DNA of 60,699 nucleotides, the filler included, from Bipalium vagum (lineage: Eukaryota), in the NCBI GenBank assembly GCA_037834085.1. It is 2 parts of 2 records of this genome, joined end to end, with 100 filler letters (N's around TTAATTAATTAA, not from the genome) between each part and the next. Parts side by side here need not be neighbours in the genome. Positions count along the whole stretch, not along the records: positions 1 to 29,553 come from JBBMKC010024631.1; 1 more part is not named here. One strand, written 5' to 3'. This document shows, piece after piece, positions 1 to 14,026 of the stretch (position 1 is the first letter of the stretch; each line of letters starts with the position of its first letter). The notes beneath the pieces are model-generated. The model did no database searches, was not told the origin of the DNA, and worked only from the letters and a program-made list of their open reading frames with translations. Position numbers and translations under genes: made by a program.

Positions 1-2929
1 TTATTATTATTACATCTTTAAAGCTTTGGGGTATAATAGAATTTTTATGAACTAAAATAATAATTATTCAAAATAAGTTTTAAATTAATTTAAATTATAA
101 AAGAATAATTATATAAAAAACTATAATATAATATTACTGTAAACTATAATATAATACAATATAAAATAATATTGTATTTAAATAAAGAAATTGTGTATGA
201 AAACATTTTTACCAATATTTTGAAAAATAAATAATAAAATTGTCTAATTTTCTGAAGACTGTTTCTCAACCTTATATTTAATGCTATTTAAATCTAACAT
301 TGTCGACTGATCTTTTTTTTACTAAAAGAATACGTATTTTTATAACTAAGCTTTTGTGATGGAAAACAATTCATAATCTTCATTAAAATTATTTTCATTA
401 TTTGAAGAGTAATTATTTATTGTCCCGTAAAATTCTATATTACAAGCGCTGGTTTGTAGATCTATGCCTTCGTAGAGACATGTGTCTCAAATTGCGTTTT
501 GGAGGCAGACATAAATAACTGAGCATAAATACAGACTTTAAATTATAGATTAATGTACATTGTAAAAAGTAGTATACAATCCAACTTCTAAGATTTATTT
601 TTATTCATAAATTGATTATTCCAGTCATTTTGGTAATGAAACTAAAATTCTATGATATTTTTTTTATCATTCTCTACATAAATCATTTGTTTATTATTTT
701 TATATTTATGTATGGTTTCTATTTAGAAAAATTAACAAACACTATTACAAAAATTATAAATTATTTATTGTTCAATGATCAATTTTCAAAGAGAATTTTA
801 TCAAAGAACTTTTAGAATTCTTTTTTGTTTAATTTGTTAAAACTATTTTATTTTAGATTTATATAAAACAAACTGATTTTAAAATTCATCATTAAACGAA
901 TAATATATGAAGTGTGTAAAGCTTAATTATTTTTATTTACCGAAAAATTAGTCTCTAATTATTAAATTATTATATTTTGTTTTAATGAATAATTCATTCA
1001 TTTTTCTTGTATTTAAAATGAATTAATAAATTAATCTCACAATATAAAACATTTTGAAATTTGAAATTAATAAATTATTCCTTTTTTTCCAAGTAAATAT
1101 TGATTTTATAATTTTTAAAGATATTTTTTTAATGGAAAAACGACTGCTGATTTCGATTTTAATTATTGGTTAAGAATCAAAAATGTAATGAAACATTCAC
1201 AAAATACCCTTAAATGACGGGAATCTTCAGCAATCTACTTGAACTTTACCATAAACTTAATTGTTACCTGTATTATTTATATTAATTGAAATTTTAATTG
1301 TTAATGCAGTAAAAACAACACTTAAGTACTTCTTAATGCTCAAATAAACTATTAAATTTATTTTTCGCAATTTTTCTGTTCATTATAGATCTTAAGAATA
1401 TGACAATATATCAGATTAAATTTTCATAATAAATTAAAAAAAATATTAATTAATTTTTTATGTTATTAATTATGAGCACATTTTATCAGATCAAAAATTT
1501 TAATTATAAAATACGAAAAAACTAAGATATATGGGAAAAAAAATTAAATGTAAGAATATTATTTTAATTGAAGTTGATTTAGTAAAACAATTAAATTTTT
1601 TTGAAATAAAAAATAATCGTTTTTTTGTATATTTAACAAAGAAATAAAAAATATTAAATTGATAAAAAAATCTCAAAAATTCTATTTAATTATTTATTAG
1701 TTTTAATATATATTTACTACAATCATATTGACTATAAATATAAAAATAAAATTACAATAAAGTTTAAATTTTAAAAGAAAAAGTTTGAAAAAGTGATAAA
1801 TTGATTCTATATTTAATTTTTTTTTGAAAAAAAACGATTTTCCTAACATCGCCCTAAGTAATCACAAGAAAACTAGACATTAAAAAAGGAAATTTTGTCT
1901 GTCATTCGATTATTATAAAATCCCGTGGTACATTGAGTCTTCCAGGGTGTAGACAAGGAATGTATCTTAAGTATGGTAATATTTATCATTAGCAAAATAT
2001 TTTGTTTTTGAAAAACTTTTTGCAAAAGGTTTTAAAAGGTTTTTCACTGCTTAATTTATCTTTATAAGCATAATATTCGATCTGATATATTCAGATAATT
2101 TAATCTTTAGATCATTAGTACATATCATGTGTATATATCCTATGAACTATATATATATCACAAGAATAATAAATTTATTGCTTTTAAACTTAATCGCTCA
2201 CTGCCTAGTTTTTTGGTCTTTAGGGAAAAAAATTATCAAAATGATAAGTCAGGAGAATATCAAACACAAATCATTTATTTCAGGTTTCCTTTAGTAAAGA
2301 ATGAAAGTTGGAATTGTCTATGGAAATTAATTTACTGATTTTAATTTTTTTTCTTTAATTTTAGAGATGAATTCGAGCAAGAAAATATGGTGAGCCATCA
2401 GGTATTAAGAGGTTTTTATACAGGGTCTTTTATTTACGACTTTTTCTTTGCATTTTATTCTTTCTCTTTTCATCTCGTGCAACAACACATTGTTCATCAT
2501 CTTTTAACCTTAAATTTAACGTTTCATAAAATTACGTATTATTTATCATATCAATATTATCTTCAAAATCGTCATATTTATTATACTTCATTCTTCTTTC
2601 ACGTATAATTAATAACATTAATTATTAAATCTTTTTAGTCATTAAAATGAGAAAAAATAACAAAAGAATATTTTATAAAATGAAATGTAAATATTGAATA
2701 GTCTGGAATCTCATTAAATCAATAAAACCCTTCACAGTCCCAGCAAATTTCAAATTCATATTTCAATATTTTATATTTCTTTTTTCATATTTACATTTGA
2801 GATATTGATAATTTTATGATTATTATGTATTGGTCAAATGCTTCGTGTCTTATATTTTAACACATGTTGATACATTGTTTTTGTATTTGGTAATTCCAAA
2901 TAGAAAAATATTTTTATTTATTTTTAGTT

Positions 2930-4313
2930 AATTTTCATTGATGTAACAGCCTTTGGCTTTCATGACCGCGACGCATATTTTATGTAATGCCTCCACAGAT
3001 TTTTCTACACCTATATTGTTCCAACCATCATTTAATGAATTCCACGTCTATTTGGCTTTTTATTCGTATATTTCTTACTTGATGGTTAAGCTCATTCCAA
3101 AGTAACTCGATTAAACTAAAATCTAGCGATTGTGATGGCCATTTCAACATTTGAGGTATTCTTTTTTCTTTAAGTAATTATAATACATTTATATATGTGT
3201 TTGTTTAAAAAGTAGAACCGTGACCAATTAAGTTAATAGCATAAAGGATTGAGGATTGCGATGATATTGCTCTTTCCTCTTTCCTCCACCAGTTTTCATT
3301 AACGCTAAAACTCCCTCTTAAGCAAAACAATCCAATACAATTGCTAAGCCACCTGTATGTGAAATACATTGGTGTTTATATCGTTCATTAACTTTTCTTC
3401 TAACAAAGTGTCAACGATGACTTCTAAAAATTTTTGATTCATCAATCCATAACACTGATTTCCACTGATCGACTGTACAATCTTGATACTTAATAGCAAA
3501 TTCTACTCTATTACTAATATTTTCTCGATGAAGGAGTGGTTTTGCTGCTGCAATACATCCAAACATGCCTTTTTCTCGTATGCATCGTTGAGTGTTTGAC
3601 AGAGAAATAGTCAAAGAAAACTTTTCATTTATTTCAGCTCTGATATCATAAGCAGATTTAAGTCAGTTTGCCGTACTATTTGTTAATATCTTATTGTCAG
3701 TTCTTTCTGTTGTTTTTCGTGGATAGCCAGATCGATTGCAATTAAAATTTTTACCTGTATATCGAAATTGCAAATTAAGAAAGTTTCAAAATTTCTGCGA
3801 TTTCTACGTATGATTTTCCTGTTTCACACAAAATAATTATTTTCGCTCTTTTTTCGATTGGAGTTTCTTTTGATTTACCCATTACAATTATGTTGGGGAA
3901 AAAATAAGAGATCAGTAAGATTGAACTGTAATAAATTGTTTCATTCAAACATTACTTATAAACATGGACTTACCGCTATATTAATGGCGAAATATTTTGA
4001 TTTATACTTTAATTCAAAAGTAGATGTTGAAACAAAACAATATATTAATATAAAAATTATTAAAAATAGCATAAATGTTGTATAATTTGTTAAAATTTTA
4101 GCACATTGATAAATGCCAACAATAGATTTTAAATCGAAATTTATAGGATAAAAACAAAAATAATATTTAATTTTTAAAATAAAAAATAAAAGAACACAGA
4201 AACAATAAATACATAAAAATATTTGAGTAAAATCATTTAAGTATGTTATATCTGAAGTTAACCTTGATTTTTCAATTTATTTGCAAAGGGATTCCAAACT
4301 TTTGACTAGTAGT
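2930..4313 (-). mobile_element. Decayed Tc1-family DNA transposon
   Basis: ORF 3411-3614 reads AAAKPLL...WKSVLWIDESK. Manual translation gives KWPSQSLDFSLIELLW (~3095-3150) and terminal AVMKAKGCYI (~2940-2972). A Tc1-like TIR (minus strand CTACTAGTCAAAAGTTTGGAATCCC) lies at ~4288-4312. Confidence 0.85.
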
Positions 4314-5230
4314 CCAAAAAAATAAAATTACAGTTAATTTTCAAATTTTTTATTTTATTATATTTAATTTTTTAATAATATTTCAAAAGTATTATAAAAC
4401 AAAAATAAAACTGAACTATTTTAAAAATTTTAATAAAAATTACTAACTTATTTATTTAGTTTTATTTTAGGGTTACGGGGTAATGTAAAATTATTTATAT
4501 TTTTACCAATGTTATTTTTATTTAATAAAAAATTAATACAATTTTAAATTTTAATTTCATTTTATTTATTAAAGTTACTGCTGATTTATAACATTAATCT
4601 ATTCAATTTTGTTTTTTATTTTCTATATTTTGTTTTTTTCATTTATATTTTTTTACGTTGTCGATTATAACTTACAAATTTCAGAAACGATTTAATTTTA
4701 TTTTTTAAATTATTCAAAACTGAATACAACAATTTTTCTCATTCCAATTCCATAGGATTTATAAAGAAACATTTTCAGATATATAACTTTGGATTGCAAT
4801 TTAATGAGGATTATTAACAAATCAAAAAAATAGATAATATGGATATTTACGTCTGAAAAATCTATTTTGATGTTTATATAAATAGCATCAAAGACGGAAT
4901 ATTCAAATGAAAAATAATATGTAAATACTTGGTGTTCAAATAGGTTTTTTCCGTTTTTATTAAATTGACACTTTATAAAATAAGTTATTATATTTTCCAA
5001 TGAAAATCAATTATTTTATTAGATTACTCTAAAAACAAAAATGTAATTTGATATTAAAATATCATTAACTCATATTTAAAGTTGTACTAGTATTAATGGC
5101 GGACAGATTTTCAAACTGAATATTAACATGTATCGTAATAATTATAATAATAAAAGAGAAATAATAATAATTACAACAATAATAATAGTAATTATATTTT
5201 TAATAATGATAACTGTTAGTGAAAATTATT

Positions 5231-5302
5231 CGGATATACCGGGATTCGAACTCGGGACCTTCACATGCGCATGGACTGCTCTGACCGCGGAGCTACATTT
5301 GT
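5231..5302 (-). pseudogene. tRNA-Ala-like pseudogene or tRNA-derived SINE head
   Basis: Minus strand reads TGTAGCTCCGCGGTCAGAGC (A-box/D-arm), then GCGCATGTGAAGGTCCCGAGTTCGAATCCCGG (B-box/T-arm). It resembles eukaryotic tRNA-Ala, but the acceptor and anticodon stems are imperfect. Confidence 0.6.
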
Positions 5303-8300
5303 GGATTTTTTATTTTAGAATTAACTTTAAATCCAGAATCAAAATTCAATTTACTAAAAAGAATTGAAGATGAGAATCCTATAAATTTTTTATCAAGACA
5401 TTGTGCAGAAAGAAATCTTACACAACTTTACAATTATATAATATACTAAATAGACTAATTTTTATATTTATCAGTTTTAGAGAAACAAGATTTGATTTTA
5501 ATAAAAATATTTTTAAAATATTTTAATAATGACCCTGAATTAGGTTTTTTTGAATTTCAAAATTTATATTATATATTTTGTTTGATTTAAAAGAATTAAC
5601 TGAAAATGAAAGTACCTTCGTGAAACAACCTTTCACATTTACCAGTGGTCAGAATCCGTGGTTTCCTAGAACGAAATCACTACCTGTTTCTTGAATTCAT
5701 GATATGAACAAAACAATTTTAAAAAGGATAAAGACAAATAAAGTTCTAAATATTATAATTTATTCTGATTTGTTTACATAAAACTTTTGTTTAGGCTTAA
5801 GTTATTAATTATTGGAAAATAATTAAAAATTAATAAAACATTAAAGACAATTGAATTAATTTATAAAAAAATAATTTTTATGTTAGGCCTCAGTAATTAA
5901 TTGATGCATATCTCAATTTTCTTAATGTGGATACATCTTCAATTATTCATTAGTATTGATGACATCCAATTCGAAACATTAAAATTATGTATGAGAAGTC
6001 TGCTAATCAATTTTTAATCCCAAAATTGACTCAGAAAACCGAGGTCCCATAATTATGGAAATTAATTTCATTTGGTTGTAACGATCGGTTTATGGATGGA
6101 TTATTATATAGATGATATAAATAATTGGTGAAATTGTAGTAAAATAAATTATTCTCGGTATAAATAATATTTTTTTATTTCAAAATATTGTTCGACAAAT
6201 AATTTTGATTTAATATATTTTATAAGAGACATTTTTATATTTCTCGTTCACATCAGTATAATAGAGAATCTCAAAAAATAAAAAAATCATTTTCAATGAT
6301 TTCTTTAAAAATAAAAGGATTTTGGTAAAATTTCTATTGCATTATCCAAGCATCTTCAACAATCTTTTTAAAAGTATTTTATGATCGGGAACTTAGGGTT
6401 TTTAACAACTTTAATATTATTTATTAATACGGTTAAACAATCGATGGAAGTTTTTTAAAACTATTTAAAAATATTTATTATATAATTTATCTGTATAAAT
6501 GTAAAATATAAATTGTAAAGAAAATACAAAATATAGACAAAATACATTATTAAAAAATATAATATTTTAAAATTTTTTCTTTAAAAATTTTTTATCACAG
6601 AAAAAATTAAATATTCAGAATAACATTTGCTTGGAGATAATAACTTTTTATCTATTTCAAAGTTGTGAATAATTCTTCCTTTAATAATAATAATCAAATT
6701 TTCTTATAATTCTTATATATAAAAATTTTAAAAGAAATAGGACATAAGATTGTATGTCTTCCAATAACAAAATTTTACCCATAAGTAGCTGACTTGTGGC
6801 CGAAGTGTATCCCTATGAACTTTCAATAAGATAAATAACATGTGTCATTATTGACAATTGAGATGATCAGTTTCATATATAATCCATCAATATAAGCCTT
6901 ATTATAAATTAATATAATTGATTTTCAATAATAATTATTTTATAATTATAATAATTAGAATTATTTCTAATAATTGAAAGTTTTAAAAAATATTTTATAT
7001 ACCACTGTGTGGGAAAATTATAAAAATTAATTATTTTGTCGGTTGAAATCTAAATAAAAAAAATTTTTAAAAAATATTAAAAATGAAATTGTTAGGAAAA
7101 AGAAAAATAGCTGGAAAACGAAAATGAATAAAAACATCATAGCGGAAATTCAAACATAAAAGAAAGCATGAAACATTAAACAAGAAATTTAATATTAGTT
7201 GATTTACTTAGAATTTTTAGATTTAGAATTAATATAAAAATAATTTTTATTTGTCAAAAAATCATTTTCCTCTAATTTTTTTAGGCATTTCTCTTTTAAG
7301 CAAGTCTCTTTCAAATTGTAAGACTTATTTTAGCTTGTTTCGTTCCAAGAACTATTATTGACTTTTTTCTTGTATCAAAAAGAAAAATGATTTCTTTTAA
7401 ATTATATATTTTAAAAATATTTTTACTCAATAAAACTAAGATAAAATTTATGAATATTCTCAAAGATATATTTCAAAAAAATTATCTTAAATTATATATT
7501 TGAGTAGATTTTTAAAATGATTTATTAAGATTGTGGCAATGTTTTCGTAGCTTTAATCTATAATTAAAACCACTTGTTGTATCATTAATAAATTTTTTAA
7601 TAATTTGATAAATAACTCAAAAAATTTAAATTTGGTCTCTGTTTTAAAATCAAATATATCAACTAACAGATGGATTTTAAGAGTATGTTTCCATGTGACC
7701 ATTACCTGAAAACTTCATTACTCAATGAGTTTCGTCGTGAATCAAACAGACCGCCTGAAATACCTAAGCAGTATATCCGAATGCTGTATTCAAACATCAC
7801 ATAAAAGTTTTAACCTGTTTGAAGTATATTGAAATAAATCTTCATACTGCACACATAAATTGTCTCAGCATAATCTTTTGCATTGAATTACCATTTTGTC
7901 CTCATTATGTTTTACCCTAAATTACTATGAAAACTTTCGTATCACTTAGATAGTTATTTAACCCACTCTTTTACTGTCAGTAAATATGAATGAATAAATA
8001 TGAATAATAAAATATGAATAAGGTATTGAATTGATTATTATTTATATTGTTATATTATTTGTATTATTATTATAAAGTAATGAATTAAGTAAAAAATATG
8101 AATTAGGAATGCAGTAATAAAGGAAATTTATAGTAAAGTAACAAACGGTTACTAAAATAAATAACAAGTAAAATTTTTATAATAAGAATTAAAAGAATAA
8201 TAAAAATAATAATAAGAATAGGAAAGAAAAATTATAATAAGAAATAGGCAGTTGTTATTTATAAAAATAAAATAAAAATTACAGTATAAAAAGGGAACGA

Positions 8301-8879
8301 AAAAACATAGAAGACAGAAAAAAAGACAATAATAAAAGCTACATTATTACGTCAGTAAATAAGGAATTCAAAATCTACAGTAAAGTAATCAGTCAAAAAT
8401 AAAGCCTACTTCAATAACAGTAAAAATGTCAAGAAAACCTACTTTAATAATAAAATCAAAGTGAAGAACGTCCAACAATCAAAGCTTACTTCAAAAAATA
8501 GTAGATCATATCAAGAAACCAAAGTGAACCTACTCATTCAAGTCAGATATATAAAGGTACTCGCAAAAACAAAAATAAAGATATAAATCCAACAATAAAA
8601 TTTGTCAAATCGTTTATGCTCTTGATTTCTGAAAAGTAATTTCTATTCATCTTAGCAACTTGTTACACTCGTGTAACAAAGTTTATTATAAACATTAAAA
8701 TATTATTTATTCTATTTAAACTTAATCACTAAAATCACTCACTACAACCGGCTTGAAACCAAGTGTATTCAAAACTGGTAGTCGATTTATAAAATTTATT
8801 GAAACTCGATTGTTATGATGTACTTGATGTTTAATTAATTTTTTTATATATTCTTTCATTAATTAAAGCAGGTGTGCAT

Positions 8880-9301
8880 TGTTAGACAAGTCACAGTCTT
8901 TTATTATTAAATAAATAAATGCTCAGGCTAGGACCTGAGGATTATATACTTTTTTCATTTTCTGTCCCACTTTTTTCTTTTTTATGTTTTTATTTCACGC
9001 GCTAAGTAGGGCGGTGAGATAAATTGTTCTTCTTTATCGAGGACCTCTGAACCTAAGTGCGAGATTATTTTTCATAATAATAATAACTATAATTAATAAC
9101 TTATTTTTTGATCAACCAGGGACGATATCACTCTTTTGTAAATTAATACTTTATTTAAATAAAAATAAAAGTTTTAAAAATCAAATTGTTTTCTTAGTAA
9201 CTTTAAATTATAACACGTAAATAAGCAAACTTTGATCGTTAAGATCTAAACACATTAAACTCCATTCTTTAATATTCTATCCATCTTTTAGGATCTTAAC
9301 A
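8880..9301. repeat. LTR-like repeat, copy 1 (probable solo LTR)
   Basis: TGTTA...TAACA termini. Shares blocks with 14027-14435 (AGGC.AGGACCT.AGGAT, TAAGTAGGGCGGTGAG, CGAGGACCTCTGA.CCTAAG.GCGAGA, TTAGGATCTTAACA). No clear TSD, PBS or PPT. Confidence 0.55.
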
Positions 9302-9339
9302 TTATTCAAAACAAGAAAAAATAAATATGAAAGAAAAAA

Positions 9340-10050
9340 TAAGAAATAACCTTTTATCAAATTTAAATTAAATAAGAATATAGAAGAAAAATAACATACA
9401 TGATCAGGATCAATTAGACTAGATTTATTTAAATATTGAAGTTTAGTTTGTATTCATTTGTTATTTGTTTCCATTTAATTGATCAAAAACATATATTGTT
9501 AACATAAAAATATATTCTAAATCTTTTTTATTCTGTTATTGGTTATCTACATCTTGCAAAAACACCATATTGAAAGAGTAAAATTTTATGCTCCATATAT
9601 GAATGAATTAAATCTAAATTATATAAAGTTTCCCATGAAAATAAATATTTAAAAAAGTTAATAATAAAAATAATAATAATGTAAATTTATTTGAATTATA
9701 AAAGAGTACAAATGAGAATAAAATAATACCATCAGTCATATTGAACATTTTATAGCTTTCAACCATAGAAGAAAGAAAATGCAATTTTTTATTCTATAAT
9801 AATCATTATGTATATTGTCCAAATATGAATATATTTTCTAATACAAAAGGAGAATTTTCATTTAAATAATGTTTGGATTTTTATAATTTTATAATATACT
9901 TATTTATAGTATGCTGCAAGAAATTACATTTACAAGATAAATAAAAATAAATAAAGAAATAAACCAAAAAGAGAGGCAAAAATAAAATTACTTGACTTTA
10001 AACTATTTATTTCATAATAAAATTTAAATTTTATTTGTGAATTAAACTTA
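9340..10050 (+). pseudogene. Polinton-type protein-primed DNA polymerase B, N-terminal fragment (relic 2)
   Basis: Frameshifted translation: (G)SGS..., IVNIK...YSVIGYLH...HHIERVKFYAPYMNELNLNYIKFPMK..., CNFLFYNNHYVY...HLNNC. This follows the GSGW / INIKNxD.CFxWS.LA.LH / ERVSxY...LN...FP / LL...HY pattern of Polinton pPolB N-termini. Confidence 0.65.
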
Positions 10051-10699
10051 ATAGGTGAAGTATACTTTTATCAAGACTCTGTGAAGAAGGTATAACACAA
10101 ACTTTACAATTACAAGTAACCGTTACTAAAGTATATAATGAACCAAATACGCCAAAGTATATATATATTCACTTCTTACAGAGAAATAAGATTTGATTTA
10201 AATAAAAAATTAGTTACTTTATTGAAGATAAATAAAAATCTACGATTTCAAGTTCATATTCATATTATCTTTTAAATCATATACAATTTGTCAAGGTAAA
10301 AATAATAGAAAATACTCAATTTATGAAAAAGCATGTAAGTGTTTAAATAAGAATCTTCAATTAAGTTTATTAGAATTTCAAATTTTATGTTCAGTTTTTT
10401 TGTTATGATTTAAAATATTACAAAGGTGATTTATGTTAAAATAGTGCTAAAATACCTTTACATATTTTGAAAGAATCACATTTTAAAGGAATAGTAAATG
10501 TTCTTTTGTTTCAAGAATAATTTAGAAAAATAAAAATAGGTATCCAAATGTTTAATAATCAAATAAAATTGAAAAAAGTTAGAAAACAAATAAAGTAGAG
10601 AAAGATTGTTAAAATGAATTACTTTTAAAAAATATTAAAGATTATTATTTCATTTTCATATTCCTTTATAAAATATTTTGCCTTAATTTTTTGAAAGAC

Positions 10700-10960
10700 A
10701 TTACCAAAAATCAACTTTTTAATTTTTTGATTTCATTTCACTTTTGAACAATTAAAAATCTTAAATTTATCTTAATCTTAAATTTTATTTCCTAAATTAC
10801 ATTTTGAAATCGGTAAAACATGATCTATTTGCCAGTATTTTCTTTGATTTTCCCAAGTGATATCTAAGTTATCTTTATATTCAATCTATCATCTTCAATT
10901 ATTCTGTTATCATCAAATTGCAATCTTATATTGTCACCGAAATTTTGATATATGGGATTA
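10700..10960 (-). pseudogene. Viral-type HNH-like endonuclease remnant
   Basis: Translation KDNLDITWENQRKYWQIDHVLPISKCNL (~10790-10877) matches the WENxxxxWxIDHxxPxS pattern of HNH/endonuclease VII-like proteins of large DNA viruses. Confidence 0.55.
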
Positions 10961-12316
10961 ATTTAAATTAAAACAAAGAAATATGTCCCTTTGTGAGGAA
11001 AATAAATTTTATTTTGACTAACTTTTTTCTCGGCGTTTTCTAATAAAAGACAAATTGCAAAACTGAGGACAAATTGCAAAATTCAGGAAAATTTGCCTAG
11101 TTGGTCGAGGCCTTCAGAAGCAGAATATTTTAGTAATTTCTTATTTTTCACAATTGGCATGTAAAAAGGATTTACCAAGGGGACCCGTTATCGTTTCTAG
11201 TCAGATTTTCATACATTATCTTTTTTATTGTTATTTTTCTCTCTTTTTTGAGATTTTAATTATTATTTTCGTAACATTTATGATAAATTATTTTAGCTTC
11301 ATGCTTATATTGATTTGTGACGATTGTTAGCAAGTTGATTTTTATTATTGGGGTGTGTTTCTGTAAAGAGTGTTGAAAGATTTAATAAAGTTTTATTGTG
11401 GTTGTTTTTGATTCAATTGAGATTAAATTTATGTAGCTATAAGTAAAACGAACACAACATTAGAAAGCGTAAGAGTTATCGATTTTTCTGGTGAAAGTTA
11501 CTTATTTTACTTTAAGAATAATATTAACATTATTATTATTAATTGTTTGAAAATTATTAGGTAGAAAATAAGTGTACTTCATTTTAGAAATTAAAGTTAT
11601 ATAAATATTAGTATTGGTTAAAATAACTAAAAATAATCTAATTGTAAAAGATTTTTCTTTTGTATATTTTTAAATTTCCCTGTTTACCACTTATATACTT
11701 TAAAGATTGATTTTTAAAAATTTACTTTAATTTTTTGGTATTTATATTTGCAATTTTTTTCAACTTTATTATTTTTTATCTTTTCATAAAAATATTTACA
11801 ATTAAAATTTTTGCATTTAAATATTACATTTTAAGTAGTTTATTTAAATAAAATATTTTTCATAATTTGTACTGTAATTTTTTAAAAATGTAATAAATTT
11901 TAAAAATCTTTTTATGAAAGAATTTTAGAAACTTTTAATTAATTTTTTAACATGTTAGAGGGATAACAAATGTTTTAATTTGTCTCAAATTTCTACAATT
12001 CAATACAATTATGTTACTAATTAATTGACTATTAGATATTTATTTAAACACGAAAACAAAGTTAAAAAACTATCAATACATTTTAGCACGAAACTATTAT
12101 ATACAATATGAATAACAGCATTTGTCTATATTTAATTTCTTTTAGAATTTGCCGATAAATTAATTTAACCCCTCTAAATTAAAAATTATATCCTAGATCT
12201 TAATTTAGATAAAAAAACATTATGAAAATAAATGTTTTATTTTATATTCTGCAGTAGTTTTATTAAATTTTGCTTCATTTTTATTCAGAGAACAAGTGGA
12301 AAAAAATGTTAATGTT

Positions 12317-12619
12317 TTACTTATTATTATATAACACATTTTCAAGTTCTAATAATTGGTTTCTTAAATTACTAAAATATTCACTTTCTAATGTGTTTTT
12401 TATTTTGTCCATTCTCTGTTTGAAAAATTTTTTAGTTTCTTTGTTTGGATTATCACCGATGCTTTCAAAAATCTTTTTCAACATATTTCTTGTTTTCAAA
12501 GTCAAAATTTGATTGAGAATTTGATATTCATAAGTATAGAAAGAGACACTTCTGTCTTCATTTACTAAATAGTTGTGATATGTTGTGAATTTGTTTTCAC
12601 TTTTACTTTTATTTATCAT
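12317..12619 (-). CDS. Small virus-like hypothetical protein (100 aa, ends LENVLYNNK)
   Basis: Open ATG-initiated ORF with K/N/E-rich composition, near the pPolB and HNH relics. Family not identified. Confidence 0.3.
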   Translation of the reverse strand: MINKSKSENKFTTYHNYLVNEDRSVSFYTYEYQILNQILTLKTRNMLKKIFESIGDNPNKETKKFFKQRMDKIKNTLESEYFSNLRNQLLELENVLYNNK

Positions 12620-14026
12620 TTTATCGTCTTTATGTGAAGTGTGTTAATTTAATTTTAGGGAAAGTTGCTTTCATTATTTTATTTTAATTTCTTATATATG
12701 GTTTTTGTTACACACATGACAGAAATTTTAATTCAGTTTTAAATTTATCTTAAATTGATTGGTTAAAATAAATTATATTTCAAATTTAAAAATAATATAT
12801 AGTTTGTGTTGAACCGTTTTAATGAGAAATAATTCAAAATAATCCAAAGTTAAAAATAATTTTTTAAAAAATATTTTTCATAAATTCTGATCAATAATTA
12901 AATTTTTTACGAATAATTAATCTCAATAATTTGATGAGCCTGTGAATCATCTTTATATTTCTGAATTTCTTCACATTTTTTACGGTATATTTTAAAAATA
13001 AATTTGGATACTGCAAAATAAGTTAAATTTAATAATATATTTTATAACTTAATAAAATTTAAATACCTATTTTTAAAATTTTATTTCTTTACATCAATAT
13101 ATTTAGTCAACTGATATTTTTATTGATTGTTATGTAATGTGAAATGAAAATGTCTATTATTAAGTTTAACCAAATTTATTTATATATCAATTTAAATTCA
13201 AATTAAAAATTTATAATCATCCAATAAAATAATACGCTGACGCACAGTTTCCAGGCTGTAAATTAAAAGTTGTTGTGCTACTTTGAACATAATCTTGTAT
13301 AGATTTGAGACAACCGGGAGCAAATATTTTTGATTCTGCGCACCCAACGACATGGTGTTATGAGTATGTACCACATCATCTGTGTGTGCTTCCATTGGAT
13401 GAAGTATAAGCATGCTCAATGGATAAATATCAAAACGTGATGGATATTTTTTCTAGAAATATTGGTATTGTTTATAATTCCGAAAACCCAAGACTCATGA
13501 AAAATCTTCCAGAACGGCTGATTATTCCACCTATGAGTCTATGTGTCTCTATCAGTGTATAAAGTAATTTTGATACACATTTTAAGTCTCAAGAATTGAT
13601 CTTTATGCTTCATTTCAAAACACTGAGCAGATTTCAGACAAAACCTTTTTTTCTTTATGATACTGTTAAGTTACTATGAATTTGATAGGAAAATGGAATT
13701 GAAAATAACAATATTGCACTTTTAGGCAACTTAACAAGATTTACTATAATCAGAAGGATTTAATAGAGTGTAAAGTCCTGAGTAAGGTGTACAATTTTCA
13801 ATATTTATATTGGCATTACAGTTCGGTGAGTAAATATGAAAACAATAACAAATAATATATGTCCCATTAAATAATAAACGTAGTGTTTTTTTATTTGTAC
13901 TTTTAAATTCTAAAAAATTTTCGATTCAATTTTTAATACAATTGTCATTACTTGTCTTATAATTAAGACAAATTTTTAAAATCACTTTTTATTTAAGCTT
14001 TAACCCGATTTTTAATCAGACTTGTT

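Noticed and set aside
2364-2395. Possible small exon (TTTTAG|AGATGAATTCGAGCAAGAAAATATG|GTGAG) and similar AG...GT candidates near 4471, 33825 and 47211
   Set aside because: Splice-like signals are common in AT-rich DNA and could not be linked into a recognisable protein.
612-5000. Short Ile/Phe/Lys-rich ORFs in the ORF track (e.g. 612-815, 2129-2338, 4710-5000)
   Set aside because: Composition expected from AT-rich non-coding DNA; no motifs.
5940-6900. Very faint mariner-like traces (also near 17300-17700, 35800-36100, 40200-40980 and 50060-50210)
   Set aside because: Only single degenerate motifs; too eroded to annotate.
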